From a virus (Duplodnaviria > Caudoviricetes): DNA of 64,000 nt. Position numbers and translations under genes: made by a program. Shown one piece after another: positions 11,901 through 20,396 of this stretch; position 1 is the first letter of the stretch; every line of letters starts with the position of its first letter. A model generated the notes under the pieces. That model did not search any database. It worked only from the letters and a program-made list of their open reading frames with translations, and was not told the DNA's origin. The stretch is from the IMG/VR virus record IMGVR_UViG_3300015607_002466, positions 13,394-77,393 of that record; one strand, given 5' to 3'.

Positions 11901-13034
11901 GTCACAGTTGAACGTGAGACTATTGATAAGATTTTCCTTAAAACCAACACTAAGAACCCAGTATTAGGTCAAAATCCATCTGATAATGAGGATCAATGGT
12001 TCCCAACTTACACCGTTCAGAAGAGCCCGTTCTCTGATGAATCTACGGAAGTTGACGTTTATGCGTCTTTAATCAATAAAAAAGTCGGAACAATTAAGAA
12101 TTTTGGTGGTGTAAAAGAACAATACCGTCTAGAAGTTGATAGCGATTTCTTCAATGAATTCTTGCCATTCAATTCTAGATTAGGCTCAAAAGTAGTACAA
12201 AACGAGCAGGAAAATGCAGTAGTTAAAACTCGCTTCACTGAAAAAATGCGAGTGTTTGACTATTATCGAATGAGTGATACTATTTCTGTCAACCTACACG
12301 AAAATCACGCAATTAAGATCGATTCAAGTTATCCGTTGTTCCACGATACTATTTTAGTATCTATCGACGATAAGACCTTTAGAGGGTTCTTTGCGGGTTA
12401 TGACACATCTCCATTTGATATTGAATCAAATGGCTATGATGACACAACTTCCGTACAAAATGAATTTTTCTCAGCGTCAGCTGGTGGTGTAGGTTACCTT
12501 GTTCAGGATAAGGGAGTTGGAAATAGTTCAGTTTCGAAGATAAACGAGACAATGACAGTCTATTCTCGCTTGACCTCGGACGCAATGGGTTTCGCCAATG
12601 CCTACGCTGATACAAACCTACCTGCTATCGACGCCTACGGTTGGAACAATGCCGACGTAATCGATGGAACTCCGCCGATGGATGCTCAAGGTTGGGATGC
12701 TGCAGTGTTTGATATGGTTTATGGACAAAACATTGAGAGTGTGACCGACGTCATCTATGATCTAACCGCATATGTTTCAAAGCTAAATATTCCTGTTCCA
12801 GGATCCAGCTTGTATGGAGCCCCATACACTAATATTCCTTCTGCTTTAATTGATGTAAATAGAAAGATCGCAACAGCAACTATCATGAAACGTGGTTTAA
12901 ACGCAAGTTCAGTTGTCATGTATTCTGACATTGCAACACAAACACAGGTGTCAATCAACATCATTGAGAACACGTCTGATTATGTGAAGATTTCTGTAAC
13001 AACCCCATCTATCGGTAAGATCGTAATTTTCTAA
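8934..13034 (+). CDS. Large virion structural protein with three W-x-[IV]-x-H-x-L-type domains
   Basis: 1366 aa; overlaps the upstream stop (ATGAGTAA). The three tandem ~70-aa domains lie at ~9609-10245, with repeated F-x-x-GD-x-F motifs elsewhere. Confidence 0.7.
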   Translation: MSNYLYSSTAVDSLIAYINDVKPYHSKLSEIVEEYQFYESMNVAINDSKRFTRTKIAGIWDSETYSNGLYIPFTNLAFTKQSKSSKYWNDALLIDSAKYDRQIPGLTDAYYLRHNIGIRSVFRNGIVQNEGVDFHVSHGAYTIDVEGSKQKYTESSLKNVVGDDASKWVKGLQLMSEPSSLYYEDVKGTNGTVTEIVPNLNASNYEEFTLKCVQVNNTTDGIKLSYEHEQVVPSSVWNIQHKLNSTNLFMQCYIVDAQTLVPISPARIEFVNANTVNVYFSSERIGKVKIIRFVDSLSTFTETFVTPEDKWHVHHNLGTTDLIYNVLVNINGSLEKINPASIDIVDDNNVIINFSSPRSGEVSLGSISSYASASFVQNQPSDTWSFDNKLRTDSGVFLVYDSNGNVVFPQDIVISKSLIYVKFSKPISGKLLFAKLFSAGNENTIFSVTGSETGLIGYARVGLKFTSQNLSFTIKPVAEDSVFLMGETYVLTPKNRIVTHKNYIDDEKWSFIKVNPIVHEKPRFQKSGTPIISNWVYKTTGIRPQVLTITHDGSVFNVVSSIDGSIGSVANGGTFSTSEFSFTIQSSIIDPVAGDYFQITVFNEAPTISDLDLTIGYDLTTYDNTEYDDHFIGFDLTSLNLTIVDPAIKTSYFELSYNGSTFDVFQYNNSTDRRPLAQYAPIVPGVPYTCQAFSITIPATVSYLTGDIFIFNVTNPDPYFNDHDVYMISNRFGLINLYPKSFIDSPAQTWTISVNGDYSVSVVGSVSGAQANGKITESYDNGFIHFTLLQTEIPFTPGDQFFITINDEKPSYLVFGEKTGFTKPLTIGKWYWNGKLGLKIDFPFYHAQEFVSVGEGKQGREIYSGSIVIDEFGNKLEFNKPPRYDARNDVYKFTPLGTKYQNQQLINVESAVRGIQRGALRNSRYIDDMRPEQSKFVGFEHHDGVIDLTITAASDLPLTPISFEIVSNDLPLYHANDLIIFNTPIGFDTVTVERETIDKIFLKTNTKNPVLGQNPSDNEDQWFPTYTVQKSPFSDESTEVDVYASLINKKVGTIKNFGGVKEQYRLEVDSDFFNEFLPFNSRLGSKVVQNEQENAVVKTRFTEKMRVFDYYRMSDTISVNLHENHAIKIDSSYPLFHDTILVSIDDKTFRGFFAGYDTSPFDIESNGYDDTTSVQNEFFSASAGGVGYLVQDKGVGNSSVSKINETMTVYSRLTSDAMGFANAYADTNLPAIDAYGWNNADVIDGTPPMDAQGWDAAVFDMVYGQNIESVTDVIYDLTAYVSKLNIPVPGSSLYGAPYTNIPSALIDVNRKIATATIMKRGLNASSVVMYSDIATQTQVSINIIENTSDYVKISVTTPSIGKIVIF

Positions 13035-13087
13035 TCTTATCGACAGAATAAATACCCCAAACCATCTATTTTTAAAGGTGAGAACTA

Positions 13088-13696
13088 ATGGAAATGAATT
13101 TCAAAACCAAAATTAAAGGTCACGTTCTAGTTAAGGACAAGAACACTAACGAAGTCCTTGTCGACAAGTTTAACGCTGTTCACCCACAGAACATGGCGAA
13201 AGTTATCGCCCGCGGCCTTGCAAATGAACCAAATCAACAGATTTTCCAAATCGCCCTAGGCAATGGTGGAACTTATATCGATTCTACCCAAAGCATCGTT
13301 TATAATTCACCTAACATTATTGGTCAATCCGCAGATTTGTATAACGTAACTTACACTGAAGTCGTCGATGATGCAAATTCAGGCGTCGGTGTAGGTAACT
13401 CTGTTATTAGCCAAGCTGCACCAAGCCCAGATATTTCTTCTCTAGTTATTTGTACTATTCAGCTTTCAGCAAATGAACCAGCTGGCCAAAATACTACAGA
13501 CGCTGGAGCAGACGGTGTAAGCACTTCAGGTACAACCGTTGGCGCAAAGAAAAACGCATTCACCTTTGACGAACTAGGTCTAAAGACTGTTGACGGTCTA
13601 TTGCTTTCTCATATCGTCTTCAACCCAATCGAAAAGAACGCGCAACGCGAACTTATCATTTCTTATACCTTGACAGTCTCTGTTTCTGCGTCTTAA
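13088..13696 (+). CDS. Phage structural protein (tail/baseplate, function uncertain)
   Basis: 202 aa, SD AAGGTGAG, TAAATA at 13049, and location inside the structural operon. Confidence 0.55.
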   Translation: MEMNFKTKIKGHVLVKDKNTNEVLVDKFNAVHPQNMAKVIARGLANEPNQQIFQIALGNGGTYIDSTQSIVYNSPNIIGQSADLYNVTYTEVVDDANSGVGVGNSVISQAAPSPDISSLVICTIQLSANEPAGQNTTDAGADGVSTSGTTVGAKKNAFTFDELGLKTVDGLLLSHIVFNPIEKNAQRELIISYTLTVSVSAS

Positions 13697-13794
13697 TTGA
13701 CATTGGGGATGTGGATGAAAATGGTCTCAATCCACATCCCCAATAAATAAAATCCCCAATAAATAATAAAGTAACTTCTTATAGTCAAAAGACC

Positions 13795-14763
13795 ATGGAA
13801 CTAAACTTTCGCCAAGGTATTTTAAAGCGTCAATCTGACCTTACTAATACCGCAATCTTCATTCAAAAGTCTAGCCTAGACGGCCGCTATTTAGATCTCG
13901 TTGTTTCGCCAGATCCGACAGTTTTCACTGTCGCTCATTTCGACGCAAACTATCTAATAGAGGAAACCAAGTCAGTAATTAAGGCTTGGGGTCCAATGGA
14001 ACCAACCGGTGAGACACAATATCTTTACTGGGATGTTAGTCTTCTAGATGCATCCTTAACTAGAGGTCATACGACCTTACCACCAATAGTTTCAAGTGCT
14101 GAACCTTCTAATCCTTTACCAGATCAGCACTGGTTTGATACTAATCAAAACGTTTATAAAGTTTACCTAAACGGCAAATGGCAAGTTCGTCTTCGCTGTT
14201 TTGCTGCAGTTTATGACCGTTCTGCTCAAGTAATCGCATATCCTATTGGTTCTCAAGTTGGTATAACTGGCGGAACATTTGCTGCCGGTAATATCATCCT
14301 AGGTAAAAACAATAAACCGTTAAGAGATTCTGACGGAACCTTCGTAACATCAGAATCAAATTTGATTATCGCTAGAACTTCAGCAGAAGCTGTCAAATTT
14401 GACGCTGCTCTTGCATTTGCTGAAGCCGCAGAAAATATTCCAAAGTTTTCTCTTGTTACCATTTTACCAAAACGTAAAGTGGTTCTCGGATCATTCTTGA
14501 AAACTGGAAGACAAATTCACGGGATTATCGCGCACGATTTAAATGCGGGCGAAGTCGGACAAATTGTCACAAATGGTCTAATCAGAAACGAACAGTGGAA
14601 TTTCACTGAAGCCCAAGTAGGTAAACCTCTTTTCTGCGGTCCATCAGGTGAAGTCACCTTGACTCCTCCAATATCAGGCATCTTGCAACAAGTCGGATTC
14701 GTCTACGATGTAGACGCCATCTATTTGAACTTGTTCGCACCGATAATTCTGACACAGAGCTAA
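13795..14763 (+). CDS. Virion structural protein with a capsid-cement-like C-terminal domain
   Basis: 322 aa; P-x-x-DQHWFDT motif and a C-terminal AGEVGQIVTNG...GKPLFCGPSG...QQVG segment resembling DUF2190-type cement folds. Confidence 0.45.
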   Translation: MELNFRQGILKRQSDLTNTAIFIQKSSLDGRYLDLVVSPDPTVFTVAHFDANYLIEETKSVIKAWGPMEPTGETQYLYWDVSLLDASLTRGHTTLPPIVSSAEPSNPLPDQHWFDTNQNVYKVYLNGKWQVRLRCFAAVYDRSAQVIAYPIGSQVGITGGTFAAGNIILGKNNKPLRDSDGTFVTSESNLIIARTSAEAVKFDAALAFAEAAENIPKFSLVTILPKRKVVLGSFLKTGRQIHGIIAHDLNAGEVGQIVTNGLIRNEQWNFTEAQVGKPLFCGPSGEVTLTPPISGILQQVGFVYDVDAIYLNLFAPIILTQS

Positions 14764-14785
14764 TATAAAAAATAGGAAATAGAGA

Positions 14786-16033
14786 ATGTCAGAAATCATT
14801 CAAACTTATCAAGATATCGGCGGACAAGAGAACGTTTACGTTCCTTTGTACGTTGATACGACCGGTCAATATGGCCGTATTCCCTCTTCTGCACTTTTAG
14901 ATATTTCAGGTATCTATTCACCTAACTTTACAGTTGGTGGAAAACCGATTATGTTTGCAGATGGTACCGCATCAGACGGTTCATCTCAACTCGATTTTCA
15001 GTCAGTCTATTTCCACTCTCGTGCGGTAAATGGCGCAGCCAGAATATCGTTACAACCTGGAAAAGATTTCGCAATTTGCGACGCGGAAGGAAACTCTTAT
15101 ATTGAGGTTGATGCAGCAACCGGCAAAATCACCATTCACGGTGAAATGGCCGTCGTTTCTGCAATTGCTAAATTTGAAGGGGCGTATCAGGAATTTAACC
15201 ACCTGAATATTCTTTCAACTGATGGCTCTAGGACCGCTCTATTAATTGAACCAAAACCTGGGGTTCAATTTCTAACAAACCCTGTCCAGATTTCAACAAA
15301 CTCTGGCGGACCAATCGATTTTTCTATTAATGCTCAAGGTCAGACCTATATTCGTGACCTAATTGTAGATTCGATCGATGCAAATCTAATAGATGGTGTA
15401 GACTTCGGTGCGATTTCATCCCACCTTTCTCCAGAAGCTTCGCCATATAAACACTTTGCTTCTGAAATTGAGTTTAATCCAAGTATTGGGAATACTAACT
15501 ATTTCCAATATGATGGTAGAATTTCAGTTAATGACGCTTTAAACACAATTGTTGACTCGGTTTCAAACAAACTTGATTCATTATCTGCAGCAATTGATTT
15601 AATCCTACAAGATGAAACTTCTGAGGTTAGTTTCTTTAACCGAATAGTTACTCTTGAGGGTCAAGTATCTACTCTCAATAATGATCTTTATGGTCAGCAT
15701 GGTGTAATAAATCGTTTGGCAGTTACTGAATCGGAGATTCAGAGTTTAACTAGCCAAATGAGTAGAATTAATACCGCCAATATCGCGGGTATTAATTTTG
15801 AACAATATGCTGGAGCTACAGTTTGGACAATCCATCATAACACTGGGTCAACTTTTATACAGTTTACCACGTATGATGAACATGAACGTTTAATTTGGCC
15901 TGATGATGCATTTTCCTTGGATCACAATACGTTCGTAATCGTCTTTGGATCTAATCAAGTAGGAAGAGCTATTTTGACTTGCTTGATTCCTCCTGTTACT
16001 ACGATTTTCCAGCAACCCGTTGCTCCAGCTTAA
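14786..16033 (+). CDS. Fibre-like structural protein
   Basis: 415 aa; coiled-coil segment followed by a C-terminal WTIHHNTG domain. Confidence 0.55.
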   Translation: MSEIIQTYQDIGGQENVYVPLYVDTTGQYGRIPSSALLDISGIYSPNFTVGGKPIMFADGTASDGSSQLDFQSVYFHSRAVNGAARISLQPGKDFAICDAEGNSYIEVDAATGKITIHGEMAVVSAIAKFEGAYQEFNHLNILSTDGSRTALLIEPKPGVQFLTNPVQISTNSGGPIDFSINAQGQTYIRDLIVDSIDANLIDGVDFGAISSHLSPEASPYKHFASEIEFNPSIGNTNYFQYDGRISVNDALNTIVDSVSNKLDSLSAAIDLILQDETSEVSFFNRIVTLEGQVSTLNNDLYGQHGVINRLAVTESEIQSLTSQMSRINTANIAGINFEQYAGATVWTIHHNTGSTFIQFTTYDEHERLIWPDDAFSLDHNTFVIVFGSNQVGRAILTCLIPPVTTIFQQPVAPA

Positions 16034-16145
16034 GTAAAATTTGTAACTAAAGTAATAAAATTGGGGTGGTCAAAAAAATCAAAAAAATTGACTCCCCAAT
16101 AAATAAGAATATCTAAAAAGTAAAAACACATAAGGTATATCCAAT

Positions 16146-16385
16146 ATGAGTAACACCTCTAGACAGACAATTTCTACTAGTGATATTGTGTTAGCAGCTA
16201 CATTGAAAGTTAAAGGTTTTGTCCTAAATAGGATAGAAAAGAACGGCAACAAGGGTATTTTTATATTCGATGATGTCGAGGTCTCAGTAGTCGAAGATTA
16301 CGATCTCGGTAAATGCCTCGTTGAACCAATTGCCTTTAATAATGCTATCAAGGCTCTTACCACAGCAACTCGTAGAATCGTTTAA
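16146..16385 (+). CDS. Small protein, DUF5659-like
   Basis: 79 aa; DIVLAATLKVKGFVL...IFIFDD pattern, SD AAGGT and TAAATA at 16100. Confidence 0.45.
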   Translation: MSNTSRQTISTSDIVLAATLKVKGFVLNRIEKNGNKGIFIFDDVEVSVVEDYDLGKCLVEPIAFNNAIKALTTATRRIV

Positions 16386-16409
16386 TTTGCAAATTAAGGA
16401 GAAAACAAC

Positions 16410-18437
16410 ATGCGTCTAAATGGCAATCTAGTTCTAAACGCCGGCGGTCTTTCTGAAATCCAGAACGCAGTCGTAGAACGCGTATCACAACTACCAACTT
16501 TCAGCGCTGCTGAAAAAGGTCGTTTCGTATTCCTAACCACTGAAGGCAAAGTCTATTTCAACGACGGCGTCCAGTGGAGCACCATGGCAACCGGTGGTAA
16601 TGCATCCGCACTACAAACCGAAGTTGACCAACTAGAGTCCGCTCTAGGTGCACTATTTACCCAAGCTGGCGGCTTCAACGCTGTTGGTGCAGTTCTATCT
16701 AACGTTACTGGTGCAACCACTCTAACTGAAGTTATCTCTCAGCTAGACGCAGCTCTAACCGCAGCAAAGAACGCAACCGCAGCTGAAGTTACCCGCGCAG
16801 CTGCAGCAGAAGCATCCCTATCCGCTGCTCTAGCAGCTGAAACCACTCGTGCAGAAGGCGCAGAAGCTGACCTTCAAGCAGCAATCGACGCAGAAGCAGC
16901 AGCTCGTCTTGCTGCAGGTAATACTTTCGCATCTGATCTAGCAGCAGAAGTTACTGCTCGTTCAACCGCTGACGCAACTCTAACTGCAAACCTAGCAGCT
17001 GAAACCACTCGTGCAACTACTGCAGAAGCTGGTCTACAGTCCGCTATCGACGCAGAAGCAGCATCCCGTCAAGCGGCTGATTCTTCAGAAACCGCTTCCC
17101 GTATTGCTGCAGATACCGCAGCAGCTGCAGCAGCTTCTGATCAACTAGCAACCGAAACTACCGCACGTCTAGCAGGCGACGCAGCTCTAAATACCCGCGC
17201 TGATAACATCCAAGCTGAACTTGACGCAACTCAAGTCGGTGCAGGTCTAGGCGTTGACGGTGTTTACACTGCTCCAGCTAACACCAACTATCTAGGTTCT
17301 GCAACTTCTCTAAGCAACGCAGACGTTAAGCTAGATACCGCAATCAAAGCAGAAGCAGATCGTGCAGCTGGTGTTGAAGCAAACCTAGCATCCGCAATCG
17401 CTAACGAAGCTCAACTTCGTACCGACGGTGACGCAAACCTACAAGCTCAGTTGACCGCATACATCAACGGTAAGGTTGACCAAAACGCTACTCAAGACGC
17501 AGCAGAAGCAGCAGCACGTATCGCAGCTGACGCAGCTCTACAAGCTGAATTGGATCAAACCCAAGCTTCTATCGGTCTAGACACCAACGGCGCGATCATC
17601 CCAGTTGAAGGTACCAACTACCTAGACGGCATCACTTCCGTTTTCGGTGGCGCATTCGTTCTTGATACTCAAATCAAGACCGTTGCTGATGGTCTAGCAA
17701 CTGAAACTACCGCACGTCAAGCAGCAGATACCGCATTCCAAAATGCGCTAAATACTGAAGCTCAAACCCGTGAAACCGCTGACCTAGCACTACAGCAAGA
17801 GTTGAATACCACTCAAGCTGGCGCAGGTCTAGAAACCAACGGTGCATATGCAGCTCCAACTGGTTCTAACTACCTAGGTTCCGCAGTTTCCCTAAAGGAC
17901 GCTGACTACATCCTAGACGCAGCAATCAAGGTTCAAGAAGATGCAATCGCAACTCTAGCATCTACTTCTGGTTCTGCACTAGCATCAGAAACCGCAGCAC
18001 GTATCGCTGGTGACAACGCTGTTCAAGCAGCTGTTACCTCCGAAGCTAACCGCGCTCTAGCAGCTGAAGCATCTCTATCTGCAGACATCTCTGCAGAATC
18101 TGCAGCACGTTCTGCAGCTGATGCAACTCTAACCTCTGGTCTAGCAGCTGAAGTTGCTGATCGTACCGCTGGTGATGCAGCTCTACAAGCTGAAGTTGAT
18201 ACCATCAACACCAACCTAGGTAAGATCTACTTCCTATACTCAGCAGCATCTGCATCTACTTCCCACACCGTTTCACACGGTCTAGGTCAGAAGTACGCAT
18301 CTGTTACTGTTATTGATGCAAACACTGATGAAGTTATCATCCCACAGGCAATCGTCTTCGGTGATGCTAACACTCTAACTGTTACTTTGAACGCAGCACT
18401 AGAAATCAAGGTAGTAGTTGTTGCAGTAGGTTTCTAA
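16410..18437 (+). CDS. Ala-rich coiled-coil fibre protein
   Basis: 675 aa; SD AAGGAG, 18-residue E-x-x-R-A-x-A-[ED]-x-x-L periodicity, three NYL...LD..IK repeats and a C-terminal HTVSHGLG domain. Confidence 0.75.
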   Translation: MRLNGNLVLNAGGLSEIQNAVVERVSQLPTFSAAEKGRFVFLTTEGKVYFNDGVQWSTMATGGNASALQTEVDQLESALGALFTQAGGFNAVGAVLSNVTGATTLTEVISQLDAALTAAKNATAAEVTRAAAAEASLSAALAAETTRAEGAEADLQAAIDAEAAARLAAGNTFASDLAAEVTARSTADATLTANLAAETTRATTAEAGLQSAIDAEAASRQAADSSETASRIAADTAAAAAASDQLATETTARLAGDAALNTRADNIQAELDATQVGAGLGVDGVYTAPANTNYLGSATSLSNADVKLDTAIKAEADRAAGVEANLASAIANEAQLRTDGDANLQAQLTAYINGKVDQNATQDAAEAAARIAADAALQAELDQTQASIGLDTNGAIIPVEGTNYLDGITSVFGGAFVLDTQIKTVADGLATETTARQAADTAFQNALNTEAQTRETADLALQQELNTTQAGAGLETNGAYAAPTGSNYLGSAVSLKDADYILDAAIKVQEDAIATLASTSGSALASETAARIAGDNAVQAAVTSEANRALAAEASLSADISAESAARSAADATLTSGLAAEVADRTAGDAALQAEVDTINTNLGKIYFLYSAASASTSHTVSHGLGQKYASVTVIDANTDEVIIPQAIVFGDANTLTVTLNAALEIKVVVVAVGF

Positions 18438-18475
18438 ACTACTGTCACTAAAGCTTAACTAAGCTTTTAAAGTGA

Positions 18476-18512
18476 AAAGGCCCGAAGCCTAAAGGTTTTC
18501 AGGCCTTTTTTG
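18476..18512 (+). terminator. Rho-independent terminator after the fibre gene
   Basis: aaaaggcc...ggcctttttt, followed immediately by TAAATA at 18514. Confidence 0.7.
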
Positions 18513-18553
18513 ATAAATACAGTATAGATCTTTTTATCGCAAAGGAACTAAAA

Positions 18554-19156
18554 ATGAGACATTACGGCAACATTAATCTTCAGCAAAATGAATTGCAAAA
18601 TGCAGTTCTACCAATCGACACTTACTTTCCAGTAAATCCAAAGGTTGGTCAACTAGTTTTCAAAGATAAAGTCCTTTACATTTGTGTTGACATTCAGAAC
18701 GAGCTACCAATTTGGACTCCTCTAACCAACCAAATCGACACTTTCATCTTTACTCAGACTTTCCCATCCGCTTCTTGGAACATTTCCCACGGACTAAACT
18801 CTGGTACTGTTCAAGTACAAGTTTTCGGTAACGATGGCCGCATGGTTATTCCAAATGAAATCACTATCGTCGACAAGGACACTGTCACCGTTGATTTTGG
18901 TATTGAGTTCTCTGGTCGCGCATCAGTTATCGCTGGCAACCTAGACGGCGGCGAGCGCCCAACATATGGTTTTGAGTACGATCAAACTACTCCATCTGAT
19001 TCTTGGGTTGTAAACCACGGTCTTGGATATTACCCAGTTGTTCGTGTTTTCATCGGTAATGAAGAGGTTCAACCAGCTCAAATTATCCATGATTCTGTTA
19101 ACACTACTCGTATCTTGTTTACAGCTCCATACGTCGGTGTTGCTAAGTTCATGTAA
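18554..19156 (+). CDS. Structural protein with two W-x-[IV]-x-H-G-L domains
   Basis: 200 aa; SWNISHGLN and SWVVNHGLG motifs, and an N-terminus resembling that of the 16410 fibre. Confidence 0.6.
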   Translation: MRHYGNINLQQNELQNAVLPIDTYFPVNPKVGQLVFKDKVLYICVDIQNELPIWTPLTNQIDTFIFTQTFPSASWNISHGLNSGTVQVQVFGNDGRMVIPNEITIVDKDTVTVDFGIEFSGRASVIAGNLDGGERPTYGFEYDQTTPSDSWVVNHGLGYYPVVRVFIGNEEVQPAQIIHDSVNTTRILFTAPYVGVAKFM

Positions 19157-19167
19157 GGAGAAATAGA

Positions 19168-19389
19168 ATGGGTTACTTCATTCCAAAAGAATTTCTCTTC
19201 GTACAAGATACTCCAGCATCAATTTGGACTATCAAGCATGCTTGTGGCTATCCAATTGTTGACATTTACATTTCACAAAATGGTGTAAATGAAAAAATGA
19301 TTCCAAAGGAAATCGTTTATGTGAGCGATTCACTGGTGGAAGTACATTTCACAAAGCCGTTTGCAGGTTTTGCAAAAGTAGTAGGATAA
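19168..19389 (+). CDS. Stand-alone single-domain protein (WTIKHACG)
   Basis: 73 aa, SD AAGGAG; homologous by eye to the repeated fibre domain. Confidence 0.65.
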   Translation: MGYFIPKEFLFVQDTPASIWTIKHACGYPIVDIYISQNGVNEKMIPKEIVYVSDSLVEVHFTKPFAGFAKVVG

Positions 19390-19398
19390 GGATAAAAC

Positions 19399-19614
19399 AT
19401 GACTGCTCCAGCATTTTCCCAAACCTTTAACACTCCTTCCACAGAATGGGTTGTTACCCATAACATGGGTAAGGCTGTTGTTTCCGATGTGTTTGTGTTT
19501 GACGGTTCTAATCGTCCAGTTAAAGTTCTTCCACTTGACGTAATCGAAGAATCTGATAACGTAGTAAGAGTTACTTTTTCACAACCACAGCGTGGTCTAG
19601 TTAGAGTTATCTAA
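19399..19614 (+). CDS. Stand-alone single-domain protein (WVVTHNMG)
   Basis: 71 aa, SD AAGGA; same domain family. Confidence 0.65.
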   Translation: MTAPAFSQTFNTPSTEWVVTHNMGKAVVSDVFVFDGSNRPVKVLPLDVIEESDNVVRVTFSQPQRGLVRVI

Positions 19615-19635
19615 CTAAGTCTTTACAGACAAATG

Positions 19636-19666
19636 AAGGCGATGTTAAACATCGCCTTTTTCTTTT
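19636..19666 (+). terminator. Rho-independent terminator after the fibre-domain genes
   Basis: aaggcgatgtt-a-aacatcgcctt followed by a T-tract. Confidence 0.75.
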
Positions 19667-19717
19667 CAAAATCTTCAATAAATATTAAGAAGTTCAACTC
19701 AATTTGAAAGGAAAAAT

Positions 19718-20137
19718 ATGGGAGCAATCTTCGGCCTATTAGGCGCTAACATAAGAGTTTATGTTATAGCTTTTGTAGTAGCAGCAATTTTAGCAGTAGT
19801 TGGAACATTTGCGTGGAAATACAAATCTGCGTTAGATAGTTTAAAAGAAATTCAGGAACAAAACATCCAGCTTGAAAAAGAAAAATCAGTGCTATCACAA
19901 GTAAACAACCAAAACCAAACCTTTATCGCTCAAATGCAAGCAGATTTAGCTAATAAGGAAAAATTGGTAAGTGATTTCAGAATTCAGAAGGCGCGTGATG
20001 ATAAAAAGCTTTCCGATCTTTCAAAGGTCATTATTGCTTATGATAAGAAAGACGATGGCCCAATTGCAAAAGTTTTAAAGGACGCTATTGACGGAATTCT
20101 TAAACTAAGAGACAGTAAAGACGGAGAACAAAAATGA
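19718..20137 (+). CDS. Inner-membrane spanin (Rz-like)
   Basis: N-terminal TM helix (VYVIAFVVAAILAVVGTFAW) then a coiled coil; ATGA overlap with a lipoprotein gene. Confidence 0.75.
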   Translation: MGAIFGLLGANIRVYVIAFVVAAILAVVGTFAWKYKSALDSLKEIQEQNIQLEKEKSVLSQVNNQNQTFIAQMQADLANKEKLVSDFRIQKARDDKKLSDLSKVIIAYDKKDDGPIAKVLKDAIDGILKLRDSKDGEQK

Positions 20138-20391
20138 AAATTGTACTTATCGCATTAGTTTCTTTATTCCTGACTGCCTGTGAACATAATCGTCCTCGTG
20201 AGGAACCTCCAGTAGAACATCAATTGGTCTCTAAAAAGATACCTTCAGAGCTTCTTGAAATTCCAAGCTATCCAACTGCCCCTGATTTATCTGGTACCCA
20301 GAAGGATGTGGCAGTATGGATTATTGAGAATGAAAAGCGTGTGAAACAGCTTGAGTCACAATTGAAAAAAATCAAAGAATATAACGAGTAA
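20134..20391 (+). CDS. Outer-membrane spanin lipoprotein (Rz1-like)
   Basis: Signal peptide with lipobox LTAC and a Pro-rich mature part. Confidence 0.75.
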   Translation: MKIVLIALVSLFLTACEHNRPREEPPVEHQLVSKKIPSELLEIPSYPTAPDLSGTQKDVAVWIIENEKRVKQLESQLKKIKEYNE

Positions 20392-20396
20392 GAATT

